Below, piece after piece: positions 1 through 9,380 of a stretch of 64,000 nucleotides of DNA. Made by a program: the position numbers and the translations under genes. Positions within the stretch are counted from its first letter, which is position 1; each line of letters opens with the position of its first letter. Below the pieces are notes generated by a model, which was not told the origin of the DNA, did not search any database, and saw nothing but the letters and a program-made list of their open reading frames with translations. Origin of the DNA: Thermoproteota archaeon (lineage in GTDB: Archaea; Korarchaeota; Korarchaeia; B14-G2); assembly GCA_037917675.1 (NCBI GenBank), contig JAVCBW010000025.1:1-64000 (forward strand), in the 5' to 3' direction.

Positions 1-211
1 GGGGTGGGAGATAGGGTATATACTTAATCAAGACCCCAATACCTATCAGCCACTGCTCCTCATAGAGAGAAGGCCACAGGGAGGAGGACAGGGAGGAGGA
101 CAGGGAGGAGGACCAGGACAGGGAGGAGGACAGGGAGGTGGGTTGGCTTGGGGTTTGACTGTGCTTGAAGTTAGAGTGGTTATTTTTTATGTGGATGTCC
201 TTTCGCCTTGA
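1..211 (+). CDS. 3' end of a gene truncated by the window edge; contains a (QGGG)n low-complexity insert
   Basis: Frame 2 is open from the edge to TGA at 209-211: GWEIGYILNQDPNTYQPLLLIERRPQGGGQGGGQGGGPGQGGGQGGGLAWGLTVLEVRVVIFYVDVLSP*. It converges on and overlaps the 180-1028 gene. Confidence 0.55.
   Translation, partial: GWEIGYILNQDPNTYQPLLLIERRPQGGGQGGGQGGGPGQGGGQGGGLAWGLTVLEVRVVIFYVDVLSP
77..141 (+). repeat. 12-nt tandem repeat CAGGGAGGAGGA encoding QGGG
   Basis: About 5 copies visible, one interrupted by CCAGGA. Confidence 0.9.
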
Positions 212-1028
212 GGATGTTTATTTCAAGGTATATTCTTATGCCATTCCTGAGGTCTCCGATTAATGCTAGCTTAGTCGTGCCGTCTAGTATTTTTGCGCCT
301 TCGTTGTCTCCTATGGTTACTCCCTCCTCTACTTCCCCTATAAATTCGCCGTTTCTGAAGCAGAGTACTCTTAGCTTGTAGGTTTCTCCTTTTACCAGTA
401 TTTCTTTGTAATCTTTGGGTGTTCCTGCTTCGCTTCCTCTCCACCAGAGGTTGTGGACTAGGAGGTAGGTTGCTGTTTCGTCGTCTTCGTCGTCTTCGTC
501 GTCTTCGTCGTCTTCGTCGTCTTCGTCGTCTTCGCTTCTCTCTTGTAGCTCTGCTTGGAAGTCTATTCGCCTGTAGACTGTGAACTCTTCTGTTATGAAG
601 GTCTCGCCAAGTAATAGAGTTATGTTGAAGCTGGCTGTAAGCATTTTGGTTCCTGTCTTGGATTCATTGATGGCGAGATCTAGAGGATCTATGTCACATG
701 TCACATCTGTTACATTAATGAAAGCTTTGACCCCAATTGACTCGAAGAGCCCTTCATATTTCTCAGATATTGAGTATAGGAGGTCACTGAGTTGTGGTAC
801 ATATTCTGGTACTGTGTCACTTGATATGGAGAAGTATCTGTCTATTGTTTGCTCTGCTGTGTTTTTGAATGTGAGGTACATGTCGGTTAACTCTATGTTT
901 TCTCTGCCATATCTGTTTATGAGTCTGGCGACGCTGACGTAGTGTTCGTGTCTGTATCTTGCTAGAAGTACTATGAAGATGCCTAATAGGAGTGCTGCTG
1001 TGATGAAGAACTGTCCTCTTCTCCTCAT
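180..1028 (-). CDS. Pilin-like/class III signal peptide protein with acidic (EDD)n insert
   Basis: N-terminus MRRRG|QFFITAALLLGIFIVLL (basic-G|hydrophobic). The ATG at 1028 overlaps the upstream TAA (TAATG coupling). Confidence 0.7.
   Translation of the reverse strand: MRRRGQFFITAALLLGIFIVLLARYRHEHYVSVARLINRYGRENIELTDMYLTFKNTAEQTIDRYFSISSDTVPEYVPQLSDLLYSISEKYEGLFESIGVKAFINVTDVTCDIDPLDLAINESKTGTKMLTASFNITLLLGETFITEEFTVYRRIDFQAELQERSEDDEDDEDDEDDEDDEDDETATYLLVHNLWWRGSEAGTPKDYKEILVKGETYKLRVLCFRNGEFIGEVEEGVTIGDNEGAKILDGTTKLALIGDLRNGIRIYLEINILKAKGHPHKK
478..534 (-). repeat. 9-nt tandem repeat (GAAGACGAC) x~6 encoding EDDEDDEDD
   Basis: Perfect TCGTCTTCG repeats on the + strand. Confidence 0.95.
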
Positions 1029-1558
1029 TAGCCTCCCCTCACGTTGTAGTACCATGCTGTGAATGTGATTCTGATAGCGTGGATTATGTGGTCGTGTGTA
1101 TGATCTCTTTCCGCTGAGACTAGTGTTTTAATGTATACTATGGTGGCTGCTGGCGCTTTTTCTGGCCTTGGTGTTCCAGCTGAAATTGGGGGGTAGTGTT
1201 CGAGGCTTTCACTAGGCCAGAGTTTGGGGTCCATCTCATTGCATATGTCTTCTATTGTTATGTTGAAGCCGATGTTAGGGGGGAGCCTCTCTCTTATGAT
1301 TTTGTAGAGGTGTGCTTGTGCTTCTAGGCTGTTGGAGCCGTCGGTGAAGTACCTTGCTATGGGTCCTTGGTAGTCTAGGGTGCCTGTTTCATCGAGTTCT
1401 AGTAGTATGTCTAGTAGCAGCTGTGGGCTTGGTCTTTCTTCTCCTATTGGGAGCTGGAATCTCTGTCTTGATGCGAAGGCTAGTAGGGCAAATAGTAGGA
1501 TAGCTGCTATTACAGCTTCGATGGTATAGAGGTATCCTCTTCTTTTCACTGCTGTCAC
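1028..1558 (-). CDS. Pilin-like/class III signal peptide protein
   Basis: KRRG|YLYTIEAVIAAILLFALL motif; tightly overlapping operon. Confidence 0.7.
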   Translation of the reverse strand: MTAVKRRGYLYTIEAVIAAILLFALLAFASRQRFQLPIGEERPSPQLLLDILLELDETGTLDYQGPIARYFTDGSNSLEAQAHLYKIIRERLPPNIGFNITIEDICNEMDPKLWPSESLEHYPPISAGTPRPEKAPAATIVYIKTLVSAERDHTHDHIIHAIRITFTAWYYNVRGG

Positions 1559-2310
1559 CTCCTTCCCCAGACGTAGATTGTGACCTTTACGGGGATCAGC
1601 TCGTTTACCCTATGGCTGCTTATTTCAAGTTCATTTAATGCTTCTTCATCATAGATGTCTATTCTCAGTAGTAGTATCCTTCGGATGCAGGCTGTTGTTT
1701 TGTCTAGGGGAAGCTGCCCGCCATAGGCTATGGGTAGTCCTTTGAAGTCTATGGTTTCTGGGTTTATAGGCTCTACTATGATGAGGAAGTCGTAGTTCTG
1801 GATGTCTAGTGACCTTTTTGCGTTTGCTACTCTTCCATCTATGATTTCATATCTCCACTCAGCTTCTGGGTCTTCGAGGGTGTCAGCTGGCACTAGGCTG
1901 TAGAACTCTGCCTCGCTGTAAGGTAGGTATTGCCATGGAGAGCTGTGGATGAGCTTTGATGCTGTCAGGTTGAGGTGGATGAGTTTTGCTAGTGAGAGTG
2001 TGAAGGGGGCTTTATTGTTGTAGTGTGCGTATTCGCTTGGGTCGTAGGCTGCTAGACCGAGGCGGAAGCTCTCACTGTCTAGTGATGGAACGTTGTTTGT
2101 CCAGTCGGGTGGGTTTCCTGGGCTTTCTAGGAGGAGCTCTGATATTGCTTCTGCTATGGCTTCTAGCTCTGCTTTCTCTACTTCTGTTGGTGTAGGTCTT
2201 AGGATTCTGATTGAGAGAGTGATGTAGGTGAGTAGGGCTATTAGGAAGACGCCTATTGCGAATGTGAAGTCGATGTGTATGACTCCTCTCTTCTTGCTCA
2301 TGTTTTTCAC
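1555..2310 (-). CDS. Pilin-like/class III signal peptide protein
   Basis: KKRG|VIHIDFTFAIGVFLIALL N-terminus and a SPGNPPDW motif typical of archaeal pilin-associated proteins. Confidence 0.7.
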   Translation of the reverse strand: MKNMSKKRGVIHIDFTFAIGVFLIALLTYITLSIRILRPTPTEVEKAELEAIAEAISELLLESPGNPPDWTNNVPSLDSESFRLGLAAYDPSEYAHYNNKAPFTLSLAKLIHLNLTASKLIHSSPWQYLPYSEAEFYSLVPADTLEDPEAEWRYEIIDGRVANAKRSLDIQNYDFLIIVEPINPETIDFKGLPIAYGGQLPLDKTTACIRRILLLRIDIYDEEALNELEISSHRVNELIPVKVTIYVWGRR

Positions 2311-2792
2311 CTAGTGAACCCTATGTAGCCGCCTTTGACAGAGAGTGTCACGGTGGTGAACTTGGGGCTTGTCATCTTCTCTAGCTCCCCTCCTAGCTCG
2401 AATCTCCACTGCTCTGAGTCTTCTGCAGCTAGGTTGAATAGGGGCTGTTCTGATTGTATGTCTCTTCTCGTGTCTAGGTATACTTTTACTATCTGTCTGT
2501 CGCCTGATGTAGAGGCTTCGATCCAGTAGCTTTCACCTAATATGTTAGGGGGGGCTTCTATGGAAATGTTTACCCTCCCTTGGGTTGAGGTGAGGGTTTC
2601 GCCTATTATAGCTGTTTTAACGAGGTAACGGGAGATGTAGGCGGCTATGAGCTCTGTGTGCTGCCTGCTGAGGCTCTCTTTCTCGGTGTTCAGCATCTGT
2701 CTTGAGAAGGTGTATGCTGAATATACTACTATCACTCCTGTGGCTATTACTCCTAGTAGATATGGTAGGATTGATATCCCTCTGTGACTCAA
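2307..2792 (-). CDS. Pilin-like/class III signal peptide protein
   Basis: HRG|ISILPYLLGVIATGVIVV N-terminus; PPNILGESYWIE motif. Confidence 0.7.
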   Translation of the reverse strand: MSHRGISILPYLLGVIATGVIVVYSAYTFSRQMLNTEKESLSRQHTELIAAYISRYLVKTAIIGETLTSTQGRVNISIEAPPNILGESYWIEASTSGDRQIVKVYLDTRRDIQSEQPLFNLAAEDSEQWRFELGGELEKMTSPKFTTVTLSVKGGYIGFTR

Positions 2793-2847
2793 GCTTACCC
2801 TAGCTTATGATGCTGCTAAGCTTAATAAATTTGCATGGTAGAGTTAA

Positions 2848-3837
2848 GTGGGAGAGGCCTTGGAGAGGAGGGGGGTTGCTGAAATCACGTTTACAGTGCT
2901 TCTTCTGGGGGTTGTTGCGTTGCTTTCTTTGCTTGCGTTTGGCTGGGGTCTTGTTAACATCTTGAAGGCTAGGGACGCTGTTAGGGTATATGATGCTGAG
3001 CGTTCTATTCTTGGTATAGACGATTATGCTGCTATAGCTTTGAATGAAGAAGCCAACTCTACTAAGGTTGTTGAAGTCCATACAGAGGGGGCTTTGGTTA
3101 GGTTCCTTCCAGAGCCTCTTGAAAATGTCTCTATTTACCTTGTCTTTGAAACTCCAGGTGATCTAGTAGCATATAATCTGACTGAAGGTGAACCTAGGGA
3201 CATTACAGAAGCCGTTCCAGGGCCTCCTGAGGAGATTGCGGAGACTCTTCCTGGTGGGGGTGGTGGATATGGGTGCCTGCTGCTGATGTGGTATGAGACG
3301 CCCTTTGTAGAGGTGCTTGTGCCATCTAGAGCTGATTTGATTGCAGTTAATGCCATGCAGTTCTTGAGAGGGGCTTATGGTGATGGGTGGGATAAGTATC
3401 TTGTCTCTGAGGGGGCAGCTCTGCTTCCAGGTGGCCTAGGCTTTAATGCATCGGAGTCTACTAGTAGGGGTAGCTCTCTAGTGGTTTTCTCTAGGCCATC
3501 TGAAGCGCTATATCGGTTCACGTTCTTCACTAGAGCTAGACTCATGGGGTTTTCTCAGGCTACTGATGGCTCAGTAGTAGTTAATATCACTCTATTTGGC
3601 TGTAGAGCTAGGTCTGTTGGTGCTCGCTCGATAGCTGTCCCTCCTAATGGCTTGAATGTAGCTTTGAGGAATGGAGGGTACTCTCGACTTGCATATAAGC
3701 TGAGCTCTAGCGAGCTCTTTAATGCATACATTTACATTGTGACTGGAGGGGGTGAGGTGTTTAGGGTTTCAGATGTTCGAGCGAACATAGTTGAGATTGA
3801 GGTTATGATGGCTGAGATCCACTTTAGAGCTTGGTAA
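2848..3837 (+). CDS. Pilin-like/class III signal peptide protein, divergently transcribed
   Basis: RRG|VAEITFTVLLLGVVALLSLL N-terminus; 329-aa ORF. Confidence 0.7.
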   Translation: MGEALERRGVAEITFTVLLLGVVALLSLLAFGWGLVNILKARDAVRVYDAERSILGIDDYAAIALNEEANSTKVVEVHTEGALVRFLPEPLENVSIYLVFETPGDLVAYNLTEGEPRDITEAVPGPPEEIAETLPGGGGGYGCLLLMWYETPFVEVLVPSRADLIAVNAMQFLRGAYGDGWDKYLVSEGAALLPGGLGFNASESTSRGSSLVVFSRPSEALYRFTFFTRARLMGFSQATDGSVVVNITLFGCRARSVGARSIAVPPNGLNVALRNGGYSRLAYKLSSSELFNAYIYIVTGGGEVFRVSDVRANIVEIEVMMAEIHFRAW

Positions 3838-3920
3838 GTAGTTCCTGAATTCAGTTCTAGCTGCTATCGTGAGGGTGGTTGCAATGTATGGTATTTGAGG
3901 CATGTATGTTTGCTGGCGTC

Positions 3921-4442
3921 TCATTTGGCTCCTATTTTCTCTTCTAGCCAGCTTTTCAGTAGCATTATCACGTCAGACTTTATTGAGTAGACTTCTGATC
4001 TAAGTCCCTTAGCCTCTGTCTCAAGGCCCTCAACTCTCTTCTCTAAGCCTTCAGCCCTCTTCTCTAGTGCTGTGATCCTGGTTTCTAGTGCTGTGATCTT
4101 GGTGGCCATCATGTCTCTGCTGTCATCTATCCTCCTTGCAAGCTCCTCCCTGACCTCCTCAACCCTCTTCTCTAGTGCTGTGATCCTGGTTTCTAGTGCT
4201 GTGATCTTGGTGGCCATCATGTCTCTGCTGTCATCTATCCTCCTTGCAAGCTCCTCCCTGACCTCCTCAACCCTCTTCTCTAGTGCTGTGATTCTCTTAG
4301 CTAGCTCTCCTACCAGTAGTAGTGTCACCTCTGCGTCAGTAAGTTTCTTACCCTCCTTAACCTTGCCGAGGATACGCTCAACAGCTTCTCTGACAGCTAT
4401 GTCAAGCAAGGTAGGTAGGACATCAGCCACATATAGCACCAT
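3921..4442 (-). CDS. paREP15-like coiled-coil protein
   Basis: KVKEGKKLTDAEVTLLL head followed by heptad repeats with an internal duplication. Confidence 0.6.
   Translation of the reverse strand: MVLYVADVLPTLLDIAVREAVERILGKVKEGKKLTDAEVTLLLVGELAKRITALEKRVEEVREELARRIDDSRDMMATKITALETRITALEKRVEEVREELARRIDDSRDMMATKITALETRITALEKRAEGLEKRVEGLETEAKGLRSEVYSIKSDVIMLLKSWLEEKIGAK
4055..4292 (-). repeat. 108-nt (36-aa) exact tandem duplication, ~2.2 copies
   Basis: The unit recurs in register at 4063, 4171 and 4279 (period 108). Confidence 0.9.
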
Positions 4443-4476
4443 AGAGCAACGAGATGATAGCTAAATAAACATAGCC

Positions 4477-4770
4477 ATGATCAGACAGGCATTTCATGAG
4501 GAGCTGACAGGATGTTTTTTAGATGGAACTCTCATAGATTCCTTAGTCTATCTGGGTCTATTTGATGGTAGAGCGCTGTTATGCCTGGGAGATCAGCTAG
4601 GGTTCTGGGGTTTCATGAAGCACTATGGGTCTATGGAAGGTATGATTAGGTAGTGAAGTTACCGGCTGGGCAGCTGCTGTAATAGAGGGTGTTGCTAAGG
4701 CTTCTTTCAGCTTTCACTCCAGGGGAAGGAGGGCTCTTACTAGGCTGGGGGCTGCTGGTGTATTCTAAAA
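4477..4770 (+). pseudogene. Possible decayed HAD-superfamily hydrolase
   Basis: Short ORF from 4477 contains FLDGTLIDS, resembling HAD motif I (FDLDGTLxDS); the rest is broken. Confidence 0.3.
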
Positions 4771-4802
4771 ATAGGCTTTGATGCTGTCCTCTTGGGGGGA
4801 GG

Positions 4803-5336
4803 TTGGAGTTATACCTGTGTGATGTTGGAGGGCTTTATGTTGGAGTCTTATATGAGAGGGGTGTCATCTTAGCTAATAGCATTCCTTTGAGGAGTGTAGG
4901 AGCTATACTTGGGTTCTTGAGTAGGTTTGTTCGAGGTAGGGTTTCTTATGGCAGCTGTAGTGGGGTGGTCTTAGGATTTGCTAGAGAGGTTTATAGGGGG
5001 TTTGAGGGGGAGAGTACTGACTTCAGTAGGTTTGGCTTCAGGAGGCTTGGTGGCACTCTTGGGAGGGTTGTTGATGCTCTTAGGCTTATTCCACGTGGTA
5101 GGGTTGCTACGTATGGTGGGCTAGCTGAGCTGCTTGGGACTCATGCTAGAGCTGTTGCATCATGTCTATCATGGAATCCTTATCCGATAGCATATCCCTG
5201 TCATAGAGTTGTGTCCTCTGACTTGACTATTGGAGGATATGCCTTTGGAAGTAGTGTTAAGAGGAGGATTTTGATGAGGGAGGGGGTGAGGTTTCATGAT
5301 GGGAGGGTTGCTGAGGAGTGTGTCTTCAAGTTTTAG
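4803..5336 (+). CDS. ogt: Methylated-DNA--protein-cysteine methyltransferase
   Basis: IPRGRVATYGGLA...ARAVA...PCHRVV motifs. Confidence 0.92.
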   Translation: MELYLCDVGGLYVGVLYERGVILANSIPLRSVGAILGFLSRFVRGRVSYGSCSGVVLGFAREVYRGFEGESTDFSRFGFRRLGGTLGRVVDALRLIPRGRVATYGGLAELLGTHARAVASCLSWNPYPIAYPCHRVVSSDLTIGGYAFGSSVKRRILMREGVRFHDGRVAEECVFKF

Positions 5337-5362
5337 CTTTCTTATGAATGGGAGTGCTGGCG

Positions 5363-6415
5363 TCATCTTTTCGGCTGCCTATGCGGGGTTGGGTTGCTGG
5401 GTGTTTTTGCTACATGTATGTATCTGGTTAGTGACTTGTGTACTTTTTGCTTGTGTACTTCTATTAGCTTGAAGCCTGCTTGCCTTATTGTATCTGATAG
5501 GTTTGAGCTATATGAGATGGCTAGGTGGCAGCTTGGCTTCAGGTATTCTATGGCTTTCTCTATGAACTCCTCTACTAGCTCTTGGGGTGTTTGGGCTGCT
5601 TTTGCCTGAGCCATTCTGCCATATGGTGGGTCTGTTGCTATTGCGTCGATGGAGTGCTTGTAGGGGAGGCTTCTGGCGTCTGCAACCTCTACTCTTGCTT
5701 CTATACCGTATAGTGCTAGGTTCTGTCTTGTTTCCTCTATGGTCAGGAAGTCTATGTCTGATCCTATTGGCTTGGCGCCTATTAGGGCTGCTTCTACTAG
5801 TATGCCTCCTGATCCGCAGAAGGGGTCTAGTAGGGTTGCTCCAGGTCTCGCTCTAGATAGGTTGACGAGTACTCTGGAGGTTATGGTGTTCATTGACCCT
5901 GGCTTGTATATTGCTTTCATTGCTTGCTGTCTTGCTTTAAAGGAGCCTCTCTTTATGCTTGCTAGGAGCCTGCCTACTATTAGCTTTGAGGACGTGATGA
6001 AGCCTTGGATTTCAGCTTGTGGGCTCTTTAAGTCTACTCGACTATGAGGGCTCTGGCTTTTGACTAGCTTGCCGATCTTCCTCTCGAGCTCTGCTGTGCT
6101 TATGGGAGGCGATTCCCTTGCTCTCCTGACTCTGACTCGGAAGGTCTCAGCTTCTATGGTTAGTGGTGTTTTGGAGAGCTCTCTGAGTGCATGCTGTGGT
6201 TCTGCTTCTACTGTTGCTATATGCTCTAGTATGGCTTTTAGCATCGCTGACCTGGAGGCTAGCCTGCTTACAGCTTGCTCTGGAGCTTCTATCACCAGGG
6301 CTTGAGGGAGGTCTTCTATCATCCTGTACTCGATGAGCTCTCCTTCTAGGATCCCCTTGGTTTCTGCTTTGGGGAGAGTATCGTGTTCACCGCTGTATAT
6401 TAAGGCTAGCCTCAT
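5363..6415 (-). CDS. trm11: tRNA (guanine-10-N2)-dimethyltransferase (THUMP + MTase)
   Basis: THUMP-like N-terminus, LDPFCGSGG and TDPPYG motifs. Confidence 0.85.
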   Translation of the reverse strand: MRLALIYSGEHDTLPKAETKGILEGELIEYRMIEDLPQALVIEAPEQAVSRLASRSAMLKAILEHIATVEAEPQHALRELSKTPLTIEAETFRVRVRRARESPPISTAELERKIGKLVKSQSPHSRVDLKSPQAEIQGFITSSKLIVGRLLASIKRGSFKARQQAMKAIYKPGSMNTITSRVLVNLSRARPGATLLDPFCGSGGILVEAALIGAKPIGSDIDFLTIEETRQNLALYGIEARVEVADARSLPYKHSIDAIATDPPYGRMAQAKAAQTPQELVEEFIEKAIEYLKPSCHLAISYSSNLSDTIRQAGFKLIEVHKQKVHKSLTRYIHVAKTPSNPTPHRQPKR

Positions 6416-6497
6416 GTCAGTCAGCTCCTGCTGCTACCTGAAGAACTTTCAGCCTAAAGGTTATTACCTTAGAGCTGTAGTGTATGTGGGGAGGTGC

Positions 6498-7544
6498 TTG
6501 GCTAGAGAGGCTTTGTTCTATGAGGGTGGAGATGGAGCTGTGAGGTGCCTTACGTGCGCGAGGGAGTGTGTTATCAGGGAGGGAAGAAGAGGGGTGTGTG
6601 GTGTTAGGGAGAATAAGGGGGGAAAGCTCTACCTGCTGACTTATGGGCTTGTCTCCTCATGCTGTGTTGACCCGATTGAGAAGAAGCCGCTGTTTCACTT
6701 CTGGCCTGGCAGCTACGCGTATTCTATCGGGACTGTTGGATGTAACTTCAAGTGTAAGCACTGTCAGAACTGGCATATCAGCCAGAGGAGCCCTGAGGAA
6801 GTCCCGATGGACTCTCTTCCACCAGATGAGGCTGTTAAGGGGGCTATTGGAACTGGATGTAGGTCTATTGCATACACGTACAATGAGCCGATAATAACCT
6901 TAGAGTACATGCTGGATATGGCTAGAGCTGCTAGAGAGAAGGGGGTTTTGAATGTTGCAGTCACAAATGGGTATATTAGGGGGCGTGCTCTGGAAGCTAT
7001 GGCTGACGCTATAGATGCTGCTAATGTGGATGTAAAGGCGTTTACAGAGAGGTTCTATAGGGAGGTGTGTGGCGGCGTTTCTCTTGAGCCTGTGCTCAGG
7101 TGTGTTGAGGAGCTTAAGCGGAGGGAAGTTCATGTTGAGGTCACTTACCTCGTGATCCCAGGTTGGAATGATAGCAGAGATGAGGTGAGAGAGTTCTCTA
7201 GGTGGGTTGTTGGGGATGTAGGGGCAGATACGCCTGTGCACTTCAGTAGGTTCTTTCCTAACTATAAGATGATGGATAGGGAGCCTACTCCAGTAGAGAC
7301 ACTGCTTGAAGCCAGGAGGATAGCTGAGAAGGAGGGTTGTCAGTTTGTTTACGTCGGGAATGTGTGGTCTACTGACCTTGAGAGCACTAGGTGCCCGAGC
7401 TGTGGAACTGTAGTCATTAGGAGAGTAGGTTATAGCATAACAGATGTCAAGTTGGATGAGGGTAATAGCTGCCTGAAGTGTGGAGAGGAGATACCGGTAG
7501 TCGGTGAGATAAGGAAGTCTAGCCGCTGGAGCTTCTGGAGCTGA
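6498..7544 (+). CDS. AmmeMemoRadiSam system radical SAM enzyme
   Basis: VDPIEKKPLFHFWPG and CNFKCKHCQNW motifs; TTG start after GGAGGTG. Confidence 0.9.
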   Translation: MAREALFYEGGDGAVRCLTCARECVIREGRRGVCGVRENKGGKLYLLTYGLVSSCCVDPIEKKPLFHFWPGSYAYSIGTVGCNFKCKHCQNWHISQRSPEEVPMDSLPPDEAVKGAIGTGCRSIAYTYNEPIITLEYMLDMARAAREKGVLNVAVTNGYIRGRALEAMADAIDAANVDVKAFTERFYREVCGGVSLEPVLRCVEELKRREVHVEVTYLVIPGWNDSRDEVREFSRWVVGDVGADTPVHFSRFFPNYKMMDREPTPVETLLEARRIAEKEGCQFVYVGNVWSTDLESTRCPSCGTVVIRRVGYSITDVKLDEGNSCLKCGEEIPVVGEIRKSSRWSFWS

Positions 7545-8469
7545 GTAGCTGCCTAGCTTCATCTAGCATCTCACATACCTTACAGACCTCTGTGGTTGTC
7601 GGCTCACCGCAGATCTCACAGGATCTGAGCCTCTCTCCTATGTGGTATACTTCTCTTAGCTTAGGGATCAGCTTGGCTTCAATGTGCTTCACTAGCCCTA
7701 GCTTGAGGCCAGGGTGCATGGCTTCCATCTCATTCAAGAGGTCTCTGACCTTCGGCCTGAAACCAGAGACGTAGGGGCATTCAGCTAGCGAGAAGGGTAT
7801 TTCAGATAGGATCGCATAGGCTGTAGACTCTCTCTCAGAGACCCTTGAGAGGGGGCGTATCCTGGGGATGAGCTTCTCTCGGACTGGCCTGGTGTATGGG
7901 CCTAGCTTAGCTAGCGCATATAGGTCTCCTCGCATCAGGTTCATCAGGTATGTTTGAGCTAGGTCATCTAGGTTATGGCCTGTCACAAGCACTTTGGCGC
8001 CAAGCTTCCTAGCATAGGTGTTGAGGAGCCTTCTCCTGAGCACACCACAGTAAGTGCATGTTTTCCTGATAGCCTTAGGGGGGATTGCTTTGTCTAGCTC
8101 ATCTAGGGTGAAGCTGAAGACCTCCTTGAATGAGGCTTCCACTAGCTCTAGGCCAAGCATCTCAGCTAGCTCTCTGGCTTTCTTCACTGTATGAGGCCTG
8201 TAGCTAGAGATTCCCTCATCTACTAGCAGAGGAATCACTTCTAAGCTCAGGTCTCTTGCCAGCTTGCATGTCAGGTAGAGGGCTGTTGAGCTGTCTTTTC
8301 CACCGGATAGCGCTGCTGCAACTCTTGTTCCAGGTGGTATTGAAGACCTGATTACAGCTTTGGCTCTATCCTCTACATCTCTCATGAAGCATGAGGCACA
8401 GAGGCTTACATGCTTGTATCTTAAGGTTATCACTGCTGGGCGGCCACATGTGCAGGCTGGTAGGCTCAT
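7519..8469 (-). CDS. tRNA 2-thiolation protein (TtuA/NcsA/TIGR00269 family)
   Basis: SGGKDS PP-loop, CTYCGVLRR, TGHNLDD and terminal zinc fingers. Confidence 0.88.
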   Translation of the reverse strand: MSLPACTCGRPAVITLRYKHVSLCASCFMRDVEDRAKAVIRSSIPPGTRVAAALSGGKDSSTALYLTCKLARDLSLEVIPLLVDEGISSYRPHTVKKARELAEMLGLELVEASFKEVFSFTLDELDKAIPPKAIRKTCTYCGVLRRRLLNTYARKLGAKVLVTGHNLDDLAQTYLMNLMRGDLYALAKLGPYTRPVREKLIPRIRPLSRVSERESTAYAILSEIPFSLAECPYVSGFRPKVRDLLNEMEAMHPGLKLGLVKHIEAKLIPKLREVYHIGERLRSCEICGEPTTTEVCKVCEMLDEARQLLSSRSSSG

Positions 8470-8666
8470 CCTCCAGATACCACCTTGATCAGCTTTATCT
8501 CGTCTCCATCAGATAGCTCAGCTTCATCTGGGAGGAGCATGCCATTTCTTGCTGCCAGGTATACCTCTCTGTTGATGCCAGCTACAGTATAGAGGTCAGC
8601 TAGCTTAGCTCCCCTAGGGAGTTCCAGCTGGATCCTCTTGCCTTCTATCTCAACATATATTAGCAT
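8466..8666 (-). CDS. ThiS/MoaD-family ubiquitin-like sulfur carrier
   Basis: 66 aa ending IKVVSGG, coupled to the TtuA gene; real start ATG 8666. Confidence 0.88.
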   Translation of the reverse strand: MLIYVEIEGKRIQLELPRGAKLADLYTVAGINREVYLAARNGMLLPDEAELSDGDEIKLIKVVSGG

Positions 8667-8681
8667 GCCATCTAATCCCTC

Positions 8682-9380
8682 ATGTTCCAGTCTAAAAAGG
8701 CTGTGATCGAGAGTGGAGCTAGCCTCTCTGAAATGTGTGTCGTCCTGGGAGCTAGCTGGATAGGAGCTGGGTCTATGGTAGATGGCATGGTTGTCATAGG
8801 GTATCCTATGGCTGCTAAGGTGAGGAAGCTTGTAGAATACAGCTGGAGCTCTCTTGATGAAGCTAGTGATGGAGCTAGAGTAGGTAGGAGGTGTGTGATC
8901 AGGTGGGGCACAGTGATCTATGAGAGAGCTGAGATTGGAGATGGTGTGCAGACTGGACACTATGTCCTGGTCAGGGAGGATAGTAGGGTGGGTGATGGGA
9001 CTGTTATTGGGACGGGCGCTGTCCTAGATGGGAGAGTTCAGGTTGGGTGTAGAGTAAGCATACAGACTGGCGTGTATATACCACCTTACACGAAGATTGG
9101 TGACGACGTGTTTATAGCGCCGAGGGTATGCTTTACGAATGACAGGTATCCTCCTAGCAGGAGGCTGCTTGGAGTTACTGTGGAGAGTAAGGCTGTCTTG
9201 TGTGCTGGAGCCACCTTGGTGTCTGGTGTGAGGGTTGGGGAAGGAGCTGTCGTAGCTGCGGGAGCTGTCGTAGCTAAGGATGTTGAGCCTTATACTGTGG
9301 TGGCAGGTGTACCTGCTAGGCGTGTGATGAGTAGAGAGGAGTATGAGGAGAAGAAGGCTGCATACGAGCAGGAGGCCTAG
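8682..9380 (+). CDS. Hexapeptide-repeat acyltransferase (WbpD/LbH-like)
   Basis: IG-repeats, FTNDRYP and VAGVPAR motifs; the start may be ATG 8733. Confidence 0.85.
   Translation: MFQSKKAVIESGASLSEMCVVLGASWIGAGSMVDGMVVIGYPMAAKVRKLVEYSWSSLDEASDGARVGRRCVIRWGTVIYERAEIGDGVQTGHYVLVREDSRVGDGTVIGTGAVLDGRVQVGCRVSIQTGVYIPPYTKIGDDVFIAPRVCFTNDRYPPSRRLLGVTVESKAVLCAGATLVSGVRVGEGAVVAAGAVVAKDVEPYTVVAGVPARRVMSREEYEEKKAAYEQEA

Noticed and set aside
4055-4292. Possible CRISPR array or other non-coding repeat
   Set aside because: The repeats are contiguous, in-frame and have no unique spacers; no CRISPR array or cas genes were seen in the window.
8667-8960. Long N-terminal extension on the ThiS protein (164-aa ORF)
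   Set aside because: It is the antisense shadow of the acyltransferase; ATG 8666 gives a normal 66-aa carrier.
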